From an uncultured Thermococci archaeon (GTDB taxonomy: Archaea > Methanobacteriota_B > Thermococci > Methanofastidiosales > B48-G16), in NCBI GenBank assembly GCA_964595645.1, contig CAZQQT010000002.1, positions 1 to 64,000 of the forward strand: DNA of 64,000 bases. Reading direction: 5' to 3'. Of the stretch, positions 10,189 to 19,034 are shown piece after piece. The position numbers and the translations under genes are program-made. Within the stretch, counting starts at the first letter, position 1. Every line of letters begins with the position of its first letter. The notes under the pieces are model-generated. The model was not told where the DNA came from, made no database searches, and saw only the letters and a list, made by a program, of their open reading frames with translations.

Positions 10189-10943
10189 ACTGCTCCCTCT
10201 AACGCATTTCCACACTGACATGTCCTCTCTTCTGGGATTTTCTCAATGACTTTTAAAAGTAACGTCCTCACATTCTCTCTATTCTCATCCATGGCTTCCT
10301 TTACCTCGGTATGGGTGAGCTTTTCCTTCGTGATACCCGCGGCCATGTTCGTCACCATGGCGATAGTGCAGTAACAAATTTCCGCCTCTCGAGCGAAAAT
10401 TACTTCGGGAACATTGGTCATTGAGACAACGTCTGCGCCCAGCTTTTTGAACATCTGTATTTCTGCTGGAGTCTCGAATCGTGGGCCCTCTGTACAGACG
10501 TACGTTCCTTCGTAGACGGTGATTCCTTCCTTTTTTCCTGTATCCTTCACAATATTCCGCAGTTCTGGACAGTACGGTTCTGAGAGATCGACATGAACGA
10601 CTCTATCGTCGTAAAGCGTGTAGTTTCGTTTCTTAGTAAAATCAATGAACTGGGTCAGCACCACGAAATCTCGAGGGGAGAACTTTGGGTTCAATGATCC
10701 TACTGCTGTGGTAGCAAGAATTCGTGAAACTCCTAATTTTCTTAAGGCGAGGATATTTGCTCTGTAATTTATTTTATGAGGGGGTATCGAATGGTTTTCT
10801 CCGTGTCGTGCCAGAAATGCGACATCCTCTCCATCTATCTCCGCAATTTTTAGCTCTACTTCTCCATAACGTGTCTTCACATGCTGTGATTCGGCAGTGT
10901 TGAAAAGACGGTACACTCCTGAACCGCCGATAACTCCTATCAT
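10185..10943 (-). CDS. mtnP: 5'-methylthioadenosine / purine nucleoside phosphorylase
   Basis: [33 protein letters not shown]; stop overlaps the ahcY start. Confidence 0.9.
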   Translation of the reverse strand: MIGVIGGSGVYRLFNTAESQHVKTRYGEVELKIAEIDGEDVAFLARHGENHSIPPHKINYRANILALRKLGVSRILATTAVGSLNPKFSPRDFVVLTQFIDFTKKRNYTLYDDRVVHVDLSEPYCPELRNIVKDTGKKEGITVYEGTYVCTEGPRFETPAEIQMFKKLGADVVSMTNVPEVIFAREAEICYCTIAMVTNMAAGITKEKLTHTEVKEAMDENRENVRTLLLKVIEKIPEERTCQCGNALEGAV

Positions 10944-11015
10944 GCCTTCTTCTCTCCTTTCCACCTTTTATCTTTATGGGTAAAATTTTTATGTTTCACT
11001 CGCGTGATTGTTGTA

Positions 11016-11381
11016 ATGGTGTGTTTCGTTATTTTTCGGACGGACTCAATTAAAAAGGCCCTGACAGCGTTGACAGATCTCGGGCGGTACGGAAAGGTAC
11101 AGGTCTACGATCCGAAGATCATCCCCTCGGAGACCGTGAAGGAGATAATGTCCGATCTCTGTGGAGGAATAAAGAATCCTAAGAGTGTGAACATTATCGC
11201 TAAAACAAAAGAAAGAGGAGGGAAGGTAATCGCATCACTCAAGAGAATTCATCCCCCGGCACACCTCATCGTCGTCACACCCCGATATGAGATATTCACT
11301 GAACTCCTCACTGAGTTTGCGGAATACCGATCACTCCAAGGGTTCAACCCACCAAAAAAAATACTTGGATCCATGGGATAG
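11016..11381 (+). CDS. DUF356 family archaeal protein
   Basis: ALTDLGRYG...RIHPPAHLIVV pattern. Confidence 0.7.
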   Translation: MVCFVIFRTDSIKKALTALTDLGRYGKVQVYDPKIIPSETVKEIMSDLCGGIKNPKSVNIIAKTKERGGKVIASLKRIHPPAHLIVVTPRYEIFTELLTEFAEYRSLQGFNPPKKILGSMG

Positions 11382-11396
11382 AAAGTTTCCCTCCAT

Positions 11397-12701
11397 TCAT
11401 TCAAGCAATCTTCGTACGATCTCCTCTGCGGATCCCGTGTAATTCCTTGGATCAAGTGCACTCTCTATCTCTTCTTCGCTAAGATACTTTTTTACAGTCT
11501 CATTTTTCATCAGGGCGTCTTTAAAATCTTCTTTTTTATGTGTGATTGTCCTTAGAAGCTCATGTGCCTCCTGTCTCCCACACCCCTTCTCAACGAGTCT
11601 GATCATCACCGCTTCTGCCATGTTTCTCCCTTTGAGGAGATTGAGATTTTTCTCAATGTTTTCCGGATAAAATACAACATTTCTAAGAACTCTTGTTGTC
11701 CCTTTCAATATTTCGTCCAAGAGAATAAATGTTTCAGGGAGTATTGCCCGCTCACATGAGGAGTTCGTGAGATCCCGCTCGTGCCATAGGGGATTATTAA
11801 GTAACGCAGGCATCACATTCGCGTAGATAATCCGTGCGAGACCACATATCTTCTCTGAAGTGATGGGATTCTTTTTGTGAGGCATCGTTGAGGATCCCAC
11901 CTGTTTTTTTCCGAAAGATTCGGCAATTTCCAGTATTTCTGTTCGTTGGAGGTTTCTGATCTCCAATGCAATTTTATTGAGTGTTGAAGCGAGGATCGCC
12001 AGTGAAGAAATTATTTCTGCGTAAGTATCACGTTGGACAAGCTGGTTAGATATTCTTGCCATTGGTATTTCTAAATCCTCCCCCACCATTTTCTGAAGCT
12101 CTGGTCCATCCTTAAAAGATGCCATGGTCCCCACTGCGCCAGCCATTTTCCCGAAAACGCGTGTTTTCGCGTTTTGAATCCTTTCAATGTTTCTCCTCGT
12201 CTCATCGAGAAAAATCCCGAACTTCATGCCGTAGGTGGTAGGGATAGAGTGCTGGCCATGAGTTCTCCCAATACATACCCTGCTTATGTTCTCTTCAGTG
12301 AGATCTGCGAGAATCGACTCTAATTCCTTTAGATCTTTTAATACAATGACTAACGCTTTTTTCAGCTGGAGGGCGGTGGTAGTATCGATGATATCATTAG
12401 AGGTCGCACCCAAATGAACATACCCCCCATGGTCGCACTGTTCTGCAAGTGCCTTCACCACTGCCATGATATCATGCTTAATTTCGTCTTCTATCTCCGT
12501 TACCCTTCTCACTGTGACATAATCAGTACTCGCCTTCCGGGAGATTTCATCCGCCGCCTCCTGTGGTATATGACCTAGTTTCGCATGGGCACGGACAAGT
12601 GCCGCCTCCACATCTAACATGAACTGGAGCTTCGTTTCCTCCTCAAATACCTCTCTCATTTCATTACTGCCATACCGATAATCTATTGGATGTGTCGCCA
12701 T
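11397..12701 (-). CDS. purB: Adenylosuccinate lyase
   Basis: HPIDYRYG, HLGATSND, GRTHGQH, GSSTMPHKKNP. Confidence 0.96.
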   Translation of the reverse strand: MATHPIDYRYGSNEMREVFEEETKLQFMLDVEAALVRAHAKLGHIPQEAADEISRKASTDYVTVRRVTEIEDEIKHDIMAVVKALAEQCDHGGYVHLGATSNDIIDTTTALQLKKALVIVLKDLKELESILADLTEENISRVCIGRTHGQHSIPTTYGMKFGIFLDETRRNIERIQNAKTRVFGKMAGAVGTMASFKDGPELQKMVGEDLEIPMARISNQLVQRDTYAEIISSLAILASTLNKIALEIRNLQRTEILEIAESFGKKQVGSSTMPHKKNPITSEKICGLARIIYANVMPALLNNPLWHERDLTNSSCERAILPETFILLDEILKGTTRVLRNVVFYPENIEKNLNLLKGRNMAEAVMIRLVEKGCGRQEAHELLRTITHKKEDFKDALMKNETVKKYLSEEEIESALDPRNYTGSAEEIVRRLLE

Positions 12702-12782
12702 TTTTTCACCTACAGTATCCTATATGTGATACTACTTTCTTATAAATTCTTTAAAAGTTTTGCCGGATATATCCGGATGTTC

Positions 12783-13556
12783 CTACCTCCCAAAGATAGA
12801 AGAGATAAATCGCTGTACGATACCTTCTCTCTTATACTCGAATTTTTCGCCCACGAGATCCGCAGCGAGCTTTTTATACGCAATTGCAGCTGTACTGTTC
12901 GGATTTGAGATCACCACAGGACTTCGTTCCTCCACAGAGGTTATTACCGATGGATCTTCTGGGATTTGTGCCACCACGTCGAGATCGAATACCTTTTCCA
13001 CCTTTTCCTTTGTTACTTTCCCCCCGTTTTCTCTTACTCTATTGAGAACTATCCCACGAATGGCAGTCTCAATGGTCTCCGCCATGAGTTTTATTTTCAG
13101 TCCATCGGACACAGAGGATACTTCAGGATTCAGTACCAGCAGTATCTCATCTGCAATAGCCATGGGAATAATTCCATCCTTTCCCAATCCTGCAGGTGCA
13201 TCAATTAATAGAAATTCGGCCTCCTCCAAAAGTCCCATAAGCACCTCCTGGAGTTTCTCCGGGTGCGATTTCTGGAAACCTGCAAGTGAGATCCCGCAGG
13301 GGACGATCGTGACACCCTTCGGGCCCTGGTACATTGCTTCCTTTATATCCTTCTCTCCAGCAAGGACATCGTGCAGCGTCACCTCCACCTCCTCCATCCC
13401 AAGGAGGAGCGCAAGGTTTGCCATAGCAATATCAGCATCCAAAATTATTGTTTTTCTACCAATTTCTGAGAGAGCAATACCCAAATTGACAGTAGTCGTT
13501 GTCTTCCCTGTACCTCCTTTGCCCGACGCTACTGTGATGACCTTTATGTTCTGCAT
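12783..13556 (-). CDS. minD: MinD-family ATPase with C-terminal amphipathic helix
   Basis: Deviant Walker A KGGTGKTT; DADIAMANL; IDAPAG; tail GIVQRFISSIFGR. Confidence 0.9.
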   Translation of the reverse strand: MQNIKVITVASGKGGTGKTTTTVNLGIALSEIGRKTIILDADIAMANLALLLGMEEVEVTLHDVLAGEKDIKEAMYQGPKGVTIVPCGISLAGFQKSHPEKLQEVLMGLLEEAEFLLIDAPAGLGKDGIIPMAIADEILLVLNPEVSSVSDGLKIKLMAETIETAIRGIVLNRVRENGGKVTKEKVEKVFDLDVVAQIPEDPSVITSVEERSPVVISNPNSTAAIAYKKLAADLVGEKFEYKREGIVQRFISSIFGR

Positions 13557-13626
13557 ACCAATAATTAGAAAGAAAGTTTTATAAAGTTTTGTTTATTAAA
13601 AATAAAAAGTATGAAAAGGTGACGAA

Positions 13627-14682
13627 ATGCCCTTTGGTCTTTCTGAAGAAGATAAAGAAACGTTGGAGTATATAAAAGAACAGGTATCTACCTATAAAGA
13701 GCTTGTAGAAAAAGCAATTAAAAATGCAAAAACAGTAGAGAAGCATCAAAAAATAGCTGAAAAAATAGAAAATTCTGTTGAAGGCTATTTAGAAGAACTT
13801 CAGAGACACAGAGACACCCTAGAAAGTAGAGAAGAAAATATAAAGGAACTTGAAGAGCTTCTGTCCTCGCGGAAGGAGGACGTGGAAGAACATGAAACAT
13901 CTCTATCCTCGCTTATTGAAAAAATAAATGACAATATTGAAGAGATCGCCAGTTCACACAGTAAAACCTTGGATCTTGAAGAAAGGATCTTCGCAGAGAG
14001 AGATGATCTGATAAAGGAAAAACAAGAATTAGGAAAAAGAGAAAAGAGATTGGAGGAAAAAAAGCAAAAATTAGATGAAAAAATCGAAACACTGCCGCAA
14101 TTGAAGGAAAAGAAAAAAAGCCTGCAAAAAGACATAGAAGAACTTGAAACAAAGAAAGATAATCTGGTGCAGAGAGTAGAAGAACTCGCTGAGAGAGAAA
14201 AAAAGCTCAATGAACATGAAAAAGAGTTACTTGACAGAGAAGCAACACTGAATGAGAGAGAATCAAAACTTAACAAAAAAGAGAGCTCTCTAGAAGACTG
14301 GAAAAGGGAGCTTCTCGAAAAAGAAAATGAATATAAAGATATTGAAGAAAGAAGAGAAGAAATAATCGAAAAAGAGGCAGTATTTGAAGAACTAAAAGAA
14401 AAGATTGATACTCTCGAGAGTCATGTCGAAACGATGAAAAAAAGAAAAGAAGAACTGGAGAAAGAGCTAGAAGAAGCGGAGTACAATACAGAAATAAAAA
14501 ATAAAAAGCTTGAAAGCATTACACAAACGTTGGAGGAGAGAGAACAGAAGAAAGATAGCTTGGAAAAAAGAACTACTGCTCTTGAGGAACACAAAAATAA
14601 AATAAAAGCTGAAATAAAGGATCTAAAAAGCAAAAAAATGCAACTTGAGACCGATGTAAAGGCTCTAAGAAAAGAAATTTAA
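13627..14682 (+). CDS. Long E/K-rich coiled-coil protein of unknown function
   Basis: 351 aa of near-continuous heptad pattern; no TM segment, no Walker motifs. Confidence 0.75.
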   Translation: MPFGLSEEDKETLEYIKEQVSTYKELVEKAIKNAKTVEKHQKIAEKIENSVEGYLEELQRHRDTLESREENIKELEELLSSRKEDVEEHETSLSSLIEKINDNIEEIASSHSKTLDLEERIFAERDDLIKEKQELGKREKRLEEKKQKLDEKIETLPQLKEKKKSLQKDIEELETKKDNLVQRVEELAEREKKLNEHEKELLDREATLNERESKLNKKESSLEDWKRELLEKENEYKDIEERREEIIEKEAVFEELKEKIDTLESHVETMKKRKEELEKELEEAEYNTEIKNKKLESITQTLEEREQKKDSLEKRTTALEEHKNKIKAEIKDLKSKKMQLETDVKALRKEI

Positions 14683-15140
14683 TCATTGGCTAAGAAATCC
14701 ATATCTTCTTTCTGGAGTATCTTTTTTATTTCGTCCTTCGACGGAGTACTGATCCCCAGTTCTTCCATGACTTTTATTCTCTCTACATCTTCCTTCCTCA
14801 GTGCTTCTTTCTTTGTGGGTCTCCACGATACCAACGGCGCTTTTTTTACATCGGTGTACCAGTGGTATGTATAGGCAGCCCGTTCCTTCTCCAGAAAATA
14901 GACACGTACCACGCCTTCTGCTTTCAAGATCTCTTTTACCGCCTCATTCCCTGCTATTTCCTCCCACGTAGCACAAAATGGTGGTCCATCAATAAGAAGA
15001 AGTTCACCATGAGTATTCTTCCCCTCCACCTCGACGACTCCTGTAAATCCATCCTCCATTAAAAAGAATATATACGATTCTAAGTCAAACTCTCCAGTCT
15101 TAAACTGCTCCTTTTTCTCGCCCACAGGGAATCGCATCAT
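14679..15140 (-). CDS. DUF2226-like protein
   Basis: GFTGVVEV...GELLLIDG domain and C-terminal MEELGISTPSKDEIKKIL, resembling the DUF2226 tail as recalled. Confidence 0.55.
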   Translation of the reverse strand: MMRFPVGEKKEQFKTGEFDLESYIFFLMEDGFTGVVEVEGKNTHGELLLIDGPPFCATWEEIAGNEAVKEILKAEGVVRVYFLEKERAAYTYHWYTDVKKAPLVSWRPTKKEALRKEDVERIKVMEELGISTPSKDEIKKILQKEDMDFLAND

Positions 15141-15181
15141 TGTTTCCTTTTTCTTTTGTACCTTAAAAAGTATTGCGCATA

Positions 15182-16723
15182 CTACTTAAAATTTGTTATC
15201 ATTGTTTTGTGGGTCTTTAAGTTAAAGATAGGAACCTTGCAGGGGGTAGGGACCATATTTCGAAGTACCTGATACTCTGTCTGTGCCTGCCATGTGCCAG
15301 AGTTTATCAACGTCGTGCCCCGGTAAATCTCATGTCCGTAGACATGGACGTGCCCCGTATGGAAAAGGTCTGGTACATCCTCTATAAGGAGATAATCCTC
15401 CCTTTCGGGGACAATCCCTGTTTTTTTTCCATATATTGGCCCTAAGTGCCTTTTTTTAAACATCTGAATCATCGGTGATACCACATCGTCCTGTGGTACT
15501 CCCATAGTTTCAACCATATCAAAAATCGTGTCTCCATGATATACAAGTGTTTTCACTCCATGCATCGAGAAAAATGCTGGGTTGCTCACCATACACACGT
15601 TGTCCATCCCACATATCTCTGGGGCGAACTCCTCGGTAAGCGGAGGCTGAGGAACGCCTGATCTCACGGCATCGTGATTCCCGGGGGAAAGGATGATCTG
15701 AATATAATCAGGCACGAGGGAAAGGAATTCATATAATCTTTGATACTGTTTGTGTATGCTCATGATCTCGAGATCCTTCTGTTGGTTGGGATACACCCCG
15801 ATTCCCTCCACGAGATCACCTGCAACAACAAGATACTTTACTTTAGATGCAGTATGCTGCTGTTTTTCGTTTCCAGTTTTTAAATTGAGCCATTTTAGAA
15901 ACCGTAAAAACTCCTTTTCCAAGAAATTTTTGCTTCCCACATGTATATCGGATATTAACACTGAATAGAGCTCAATATTACTTCTACTCACTTCCCGACC
16001 AGTGGGCACATCAGGAAATTCAATGTTCCTCGCAAAGATGATATCTCCACCGCACTTTCCCTCCACGTAGAGTACCTCATCCTCAAAGATGAGATGTGTG
16101 TTGATATTAGATTTTTTTGAGATAAAGACCTTCGTGACACCTGAAGGATCCTCTATTGTAAGTATCGTATTTTTCGTACGCGCACGAAATTTCTCCCGGA
16201 CCATCCCAACGACCTTGACATTGTCTCCTTCCTTAATCGTGTTGATATGTTGGAAATCCCGTAATGTGGCTCTTTCCTTAAAAATTTTAGAAATCTTTTC
16301 GTATCGATCCTTGAAGGTTTCCAAGAAATCCTCAAATGTTCCCTCACTATCTGTCTTCATCTCTTTTAATATGCGAAAATCGGCATCCGCGTCCTTTGCT
16401 GGAATGTCTCTGCTTGTTTTCGCAGACTCCTCTATATCTTTTTTTGTTAGTTTATCAAGCATTTTTTCTTCTTTTTTAAACGTGAAATCCTTTTCTTCCA
16501 TTTGCGGTAAAAATAGATCTAGGAGTGTTGATTTTTCCGCTATCGTTATGTCTTCCTTCTTTAGATAATCAATATACTTCTTTAACGTTTCTGTATCAAT
16601 GCCCTCTTCATGAATATACTCATATGCATCCTCTGCTAACACAATACCATTAGTATAGAACAGTGAAACTATATTCTCCTCTGGTACAGTTACAGCTTTC
16701 CTTCTCTGTGCTTCCGCTTCCAT
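15182..16723 (-). CDS. DNA polymerase D small subunit DP1 (proofreading exonuclease)
   Basis: OB fold plus SDIHVGS, GDLVEG.GVYP.Q, PGNHD, YHG, HTGHVH, NSGTWQ; start reassigned to 16723, just after the cdc6 stop. Confidence 0.95.
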   Translation of the reverse strand: MEAEAQRRKAVTVPEENIVSLFYTNGIVLAEDAYEYIHEEGIDTETLKKYIDYLKKEDITIAEKSTLLDLFLPQMEEKDFTFKKEEKMLDKLTKKDIEESAKTSRDIPAKDADADFRILKEMKTDSEGTFEDFLETFKDRYEKISKIFKERATLRDFQHINTIKEGDNVKVVGMVREKFRARTKNTILTIEDPSGVTKVFISKKSNINTHLIFEDEVLYVEGKCGGDIIFARNIEFPDVPTGREVSRSNIELYSVLISDIHVGSKNFLEKEFLRFLKWLNLKTGNEKQQHTASKVKYLVVAGDLVEGIGVYPNQQKDLEIMSIHKQYQRLYEFLSLVPDYIQIILSPGNHDAVRSGVPQPPLTEEFAPEICGMDNVCMVSNPAFFSMHGVKTLVYHGDTIFDMVETMGVPQDDVVSPMIQMFKKRHLGPIYGKKTGIVPEREDYLLIEDVPDLFHTGHVHVYGHEIYRGTTLINSGTWQAQTEYQVLRNMVPTPCKVPIFNLKTHKTMITNFK

Positions 16724-16727
16724 TTCA

Positions 16728-18023
16728 TTACCCAAGTTTATGCTGAACCGAGGGAACGTACGAAGACACTCTTTCAACTTTGTAATCCTCTTCAAGCTCT
16801 GTTTTTATTTGATTCACAGGTGCACCCAGTTTTATTTCTTTTGTTCTTCCATATCTTCCCTTATTCACAATCTGTGCATTGATAATTCCGAGCATGTCCA
16901 GCTCCGAGACGAGATCGGATACCCTCCGCTGTGTCAGTATATCCTGACCTGAAATTCTACATAAATCTTTGTATACTGAGTACACATCGCCTGTAATAAT
17001 AGTTGAGGTGTTGTACTGCTCTAGGAGTACTACCGCATAAAGCACTAATTTACTCTGTGTAGGGAGTGTCCGTATCACCTCAATTACTCTGTCACTCTCA
17101 ATTTTCACTTTCGCTTCTTTCACATGTCGCTCCTCTACCCTTTTCGCATTTTCACGCTCTGTGAGTTCCGCCGAAGTTCGCAGGAGATCGAGTGCCCTCC
17201 TCGCATCCCCGTGTTCCTGCGCGGCGAGGGCAGCACATAACTCAACAACGCCGGATCCCACAGTCTCGGGATAAAAAGCCTCGGATATTCTCTGTTTGAG
17301 AATATCTACAAGCTGCACAGCATCGTAAGGTGGAAATATCAACTCCTCCTCACCCAAAGAACTTCTTATTCGAGGATCAAGGAATTCTATAAAGTTTAAA
17401 TCGTTAGAGATACCGATAACACTTATCTTTGCATTATGAAGATCTGTATTCATTCTCGTCAGATTGTACAGTATATCTTCACTGGATTTTTTGAGGAGCC
17501 TATCGATCTCATCAAGTACAACGACGACAAGACGTTCTGAACTATCCAGCGCGTTAAAAAATGTATCATATACTTTATCTGTGGGCCATCCTGTAAGCGG
17601 AACGGATTCACCGAGGTACTCACAAAGCTTTGCGAGCATCCGGTACTGGGTGTCAACAACTTCACAGTTCACGTAGATACAGTATACTGGGATATTTCCA
17701 TTATTGTTCTTTTCAAAGTTCGGTTTTCTTCCATTAGTATAAGAACTTGAATAGAATTTTCCTCCTATTTTCTCTACGAGTGCTTTACCAACGTACTTTA
17801 CTACAGCAGTTTTTCCTGTACCCGTTTTTCCATAAACAAGTACGTTTGAAGGTGTTTCTCCCCTGAACGTCGACATGAGTGGTAACACCAGATCCTCTAC
17901 CTGATCGTCCCGGTGAGGAAGTACTTCTGGCATGTACGTATGCCGTAGTTTATCTTTATTTTTGATGACTGATTTCTTATTGATACACCGATCAAACAGT
18001 TCTTCAAGACTATGTTGCTTCAT
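16728..18023 (-). CDS. cdc6: Orc1/Cdc6 replication initiator
   Basis: LPHRDDQ, Walker A GKTGTGKT, Walker B LDEID, GDARRALDLLR, wH tail GRYGRT; start reassigned to ATG 18023 because the longer ORF start lies inside an ORB box. Confidence 0.96.
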   Translation of the reverse strand: MKQHSLEELFDRCINKKSVIKNKDKLRHTYMPEVLPHRDDQVEDLVLPLMSTFRGETPSNVLVYGKTGTGKTAVVKYVGKALVEKIGGKFYSSSYTNGRKPNFEKNNNGNIPVYCIYVNCEVVDTQYRMLAKLCEYLGESVPLTGWPTDKVYDTFFNALDSSERLVVVVLDEIDRLLKKSSEDILYNLTRMNTDLHNAKISVIGISNDLNFIEFLDPRIRSSLGEEELIFPPYDAVQLVDILKQRISEAFYPETVGSGVVELCAALAAQEHGDARRALDLLRTSAELTERENAKRVEERHVKEAKVKIESDRVIEVIRTLPTQSKLVLYAVVLLEQYNTSTIITGDVYSVYKDLCRISGQDILTQRRVSDLVSELDMLGIINAQIVNKGRYGRTKEIKLGAPVNQIKTELEEDYKVERVSSYVPSVQHKLG

Positions 18024-18045
18024 CTCTATGTGTGTAAGACTGGGC

Positions 18046-18060
18046 CTATAAAAGGTTTTA
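18046..18060 (-). promoter_or_regulatory. cdc6 promoter (BRE + TATA)
   Basis: Minus strand TAAAACC-TTTTATAG, ~23 nt upstream of ATG 18023. Confidence 0.7.
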
Positions 18061-18064
18061 CCCG

Positions 18065-18251
18065 ACCCCTCTGTTTCCACTGGAGAAAGTTTATTTTTAG
18101 CGGTTGTGAAGAAATTCGACGATTCTCGGTCCGTTTCTCTCTATGGTAAATCATATATACCTGTAATAAGAGAAGCTTTGAGGTCTATTATCATTTATTA
18201 TTATTTAAACTCATAGGAAATTATCAATAGTTCCAGTAGAAATACTGGGGT
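18065..18251. other. oriC: Replication origin oriC: two inverted ORB elements flanking a spacer with an AT-rich tract
   Basis: ORB1 (minus, 18065-18085) CTCCAGTGGAAACAGAGGGGT; ORB2 (plus, 18231-18251) TTCCAGTAGAAATACTGGGGT; 16/21 identical; AT tract ~18186-18229; immediately upstream of cdc6. Confidence 0.85.
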
Positions 18252-18333
18252 GGGTCTTCATCATCTTCAGAAGTGTTATAGAGAAAATATTAAAAGAAAG
18301 ACTTAAAAAGTGACTATTCCCTATAAGTAGACA

Positions 18334-18407
18334 GGGCCGTTAGCTCAGTCTGGTAGAGCAGCAGGCTCTTAACCTGCTAGCCGGGGGTTCGAATCCCTCA
18401 CGGCCCG
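18334..18407 (+). tRNA. tRNA-Lys (anticodon CTT)
   Basis: GGGCCGT/ACGGCCC acceptor stem; GCAGG-CTCTTAA-CCTGC anticodon arm; GTTCGAATC. Confidence 0.95.
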
Positions 18408-18422
18408 TTTCTTATGTGTTAT

Positions 18423-18944
18423 TCAATATACTATTTTTACTTTCCAGACGGTATACTCGTATGTATCGTAGTAAATATTCCGAAAGAAGAAATAATTGAG
18501 AAGTTTCTCAGATTTCTCAAAATAGTAATTCACTCTCACACCCTCTCCAGGACCGAGAGAGGACGGTTCATCAGGGATCTGGGATGAAGTTCGCCAGATG
18601 ATTTCATACTTTTTGAGAGCGAGCACATTTCCCCCTCTATCTTCTATAAATACATCAGTTAAGGTTATCGGCCGGGTAATATCTGAGATGTTCTTGAAGA
18701 ATACGTTCATTCCTGTTGAGTTTGTTTCTGTGAAGGTATAATGTGTTGTTACTCCAATTCTCCCATCATCTGTGTAGTCCTTTAACTCACATTCGATTCT
18801 CTTCCCCTCAAGTTGCACCTTAGTTTCTTGTGGAGGTTCAGTTTTTGTGCTGTTCGTCGTTGTTTCCGGGGTTTCTGGAAAGAAAAGTAACCCAACAACA
18901 ATGAGTGCAGCAATACAGATCGTGAGTATCACAGCATTTCTCAT
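18423..18944 (-). CDS. Hypothetical membrane-anchored/secreted protein
   Basis: N-terminal hydrophobic helix, P/E/T linker, beta-rich domain with NxS/T sequons. Confidence 0.6.
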   Translation of the reverse strand: MRNAVILTICIAALIVVGLLFFPETPETTTNSTKTEPPQETKVQLEGKRIECELKDYTDDGRIGVTTHYTFTETNSTGMNVFFKNISDITRPITLTDVFIEDRGGNVLALKKYEIIWRTSSQIPDEPSSLGPGEGVRVNYYFEKSEKLLNYFFFRNIYYDTYEYTVWKVKIVY

Positions 18945-19034
18945 ACTTCCTATAGGATCTCTCTCTTTAAAAATTCTTTCTCATTCTTAAGAAACACCAT
19001 TAATTTTTTAAATTACATAAAAATATAAGTACAC

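Noticed and set aside
13627-14682. SMC/Rad50 or crenactin call for the coiled-coil protein
   Set aside because: No Walker A/B, signature, hinge, zinc-hook or actin motifs
15805-15822. DP1 GDLVEG instead of GDxVDG as a sign of an inactive exonuclease
   Set aside because: Glu at this position occurs in other DP1 proteins as I recall, and all other metal ligands are intact
18024-18080. N-terminal extension of Cdc6 (METEGSGK...) in the ORF track
   Set aside because: It runs through the TATA box and ORB1; ATG 18023 fits the promoter. Similar over-extensions were trimmed for dam, ahcY, DP1, MATE, padR, rpe, galU and rmlC
18086-18230. Dam/SeqA-like control of the origin
   Set aside because: No GATC sites seen within the origin spacer or the ORBs
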